A stretch of DNA of 64,000 nucleotides from Okamejei kenojei. Lineage: Eukaryota. Below the pieces are notes generated by a model. That model saw nothing but the letters and a program-made list of their open reading frames with translations, made no database searches and was not told the DNA's origin. Of this stretch, positions 61,961 through 64,000 are shown piece after piece. Location of the stretch: NCBI GenBank assembly GCA_035221665.1, contig CM069153.1, positions 30,504,001 through 30,568,000 on the forward strand, given 5' to 3'. The translations under genes and the position numbers were made by a program. How positions within the stretch are numbered: position 1 is the first letter of the stretch; every line of letters starts with the position of its first letter.

Positions 61961-63459
61961 ACCTTGCATTTAGTTTTCAACCCCCTCCACCCCTCCTTGC
62001 AAAACTAATTAGTTTACATTACTAATCCAGCTAAAAAATTGCAAGTTCTATTCACAATGCCATAATTCCAGGAACAGGAAACAAATGTCGAGCAGATGTG
62101 GTATGAATAGTCAATGACATACTGGAAAATCGTCACTCTCTTAGGTTACACACGTAAAAAAAAGTTCTTAAAAGCTGTCCGTGCCCCACTATAGACCTTT
62201 TGTTGAAGAAGAATTTAGGGGAAAGTTGCTTGCAATGACAGCACACTTTTCTTTTCCATAAAGGAACCATTTTAGAGGGTGTAGACATTGTTGGCGAGGA
62301 TACCAGAGAAGGAAGTTGTGAGCGAGAGAGCTTCCCGAACCACTACATCCATCTGGTAAAGGTGCCCCATGCTGCTCAGGCAGACGCCTGGATCTGGGTC
62401 AAGCTCTGATTAAAGAACAGTGACACATCCTCATGTCCTGAGGTGCGAGACTGGGTGGGGAAGTCACAGGAATCCCCATGCACCTACTCTCGTTCTCAGA
62501 GGCACGGGGTGCAGGTGTGGGGGATGCTGTCAGATTAGCCCGCACAAGCGACTGTATTACGTTAGAGATGTGCTGGTTTTATTCTTGCCTCTGTTCCCAA
62601 GTAGGCAATAACAAAAATGGCCATTTTATATGGAACTGGCAATGGCTTAAAGGAACAACTGGGGAGAAAGGAGTGAGCACCTGGCAACTGTGCTACAAAT
62701 AGCTGTCATATTGTATGATTTTATGCTGGCAAACAGAATGCTGCAAGTTTAACCAACATGGCCCCATAACTTGGTGAACATCTGCCCAGGCATCAAGGTC
62801 ACTCGGATTCAAATCATTTATAAACTGGACCAAGGAGTCTTTGAATGAATTTTCTTATTTACTGAAATACCATGGACTCGATGGGCCAAAGAGCCAGTTT
62901 GCACGCTGCATCCCTTAACATCATTGCACAGCTCAAGGCGTGATAGGTAAAACGCAAAATGCACCAGTTTGTCAAAATCAATCAAAATCCAATCAGAGGG
63001 ATTGGCCCATAGCAAAGAAACAAAAGAATTTTGCAATATAACATTAAACACTTGCAACTAATCAAATAAAGAAAGTGTCCTCAGCTGCCTCCACTCCAAT
63101 ATTTCTTGTCTCAATGTTTTAACAGCTAAAGGGATGAACAATTCAAGTTATACTGCAAGTAATACTGGGTTTATGAAATAAATTAAATCTGGTATACAAG
63201 CAATTTATTATATTCCTGAAGGTCACATCATAGTCACAGCTGCACAATTAAAACTGATTACTGGCCATGGTATTTTAGTATTGATGTATAAAATGCTACT
63301 AGTAGAAAAAGAAAAAAAGATGGAGCTTTCATTATTAGGGTAAAGGCCAGGTGCTTTATAGCAACACTATTCACCAGTCTGAATAAAATCACTATATCGC
63401 ATGTTGCATTTGCCTTGAATTTGAATAACAATATTGCATTGTTGCACAGATGCATACTA

Positions 63460-64000
63460 CATCGTACCAAAAAAACGGCATCAATTATACAGGTGCCCAA
63501 GAAGAGCAAGGTGACGTGCCTCAATGACTATTGACCAGTGGCACTAACGTCGGTGGTGATGAAGTGCTTTGATAGGTTGATCATGGCGCAAATCAACTGA
63601 TACCACGACAAAAACCTGGACACACTGTAGTTCGCTTACCGCCACAACAGAACAACAGTGGATGCGATCTCGCTGGCACTCCACTCCACTCTGGACCACT
63701 TGGACAACAAAAATTCATATGTCAGGCTGTTATTCATTGACTACAGCTCGGCATTTAATACAATCATCCCCCCTAAGCAGGTTACCAAACTCTCAGAACT
63801 GGATCTCTGCGCATCCCTCTGCAATTGGATCCTCGAGTTCCTCATTCACAGACCACAGTCTGTTCGTATTGTTGGAAATGTGTCAACCTCGATAACAATC
63901 AGCATGGGAGCACCTCAAGGCTGCGTGGTCAGCCCCCTGCTGTACTCACTCTATATTCATGACTGCGTAGCCGGTCTTAGTGCGAACTCCACCATCAAGT
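63460..64000 (+). mobile_element. Rex1/Babar RT fragment running off the window end
   Basis: [15 protein letters not shown] and GAPQGCV.SPLLY motifs with premature stops. Confidence 0.9.

Overview
Repeat-dense, AT-rich vertebrate intronic or intergenic DNA. It is most likely from a cartilaginous fish (skate/ray), inferred from many HE1-type V-SINEs that share 3' tails with CR1/HER1 LINEs. No known host gene is recognisable. The window holds a 5'-truncated Neptune-type Penelope-like element (partial RT plus GIY-YIG, 13-bp TSD) and about 20 short Penelope pLTR-derived units, the better-preserved ones carrying a minimal hammerhead-ribozyme core (CUGAAGA-A-GGGUCUCGACCC-GAAAC-GUC). These include a young ~95-nt family and hairpin-shaped head-to-head units with their own TSDs. 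Also present: many CR1 and Rex1/Babar fragments, a solo LTR inside a CR1, two Harbinger-like MITEs (one holding a four-level nest), hAT-like MITEs, and two short TSD-flanked non-autonomous retroposons (RTE-like, and one with a GAA tail). A low-confidence chain of minus-strand exons, including an 18-nt microexon, may belong to an unidentified host gene. Family names come from motif recognition, not database searches.
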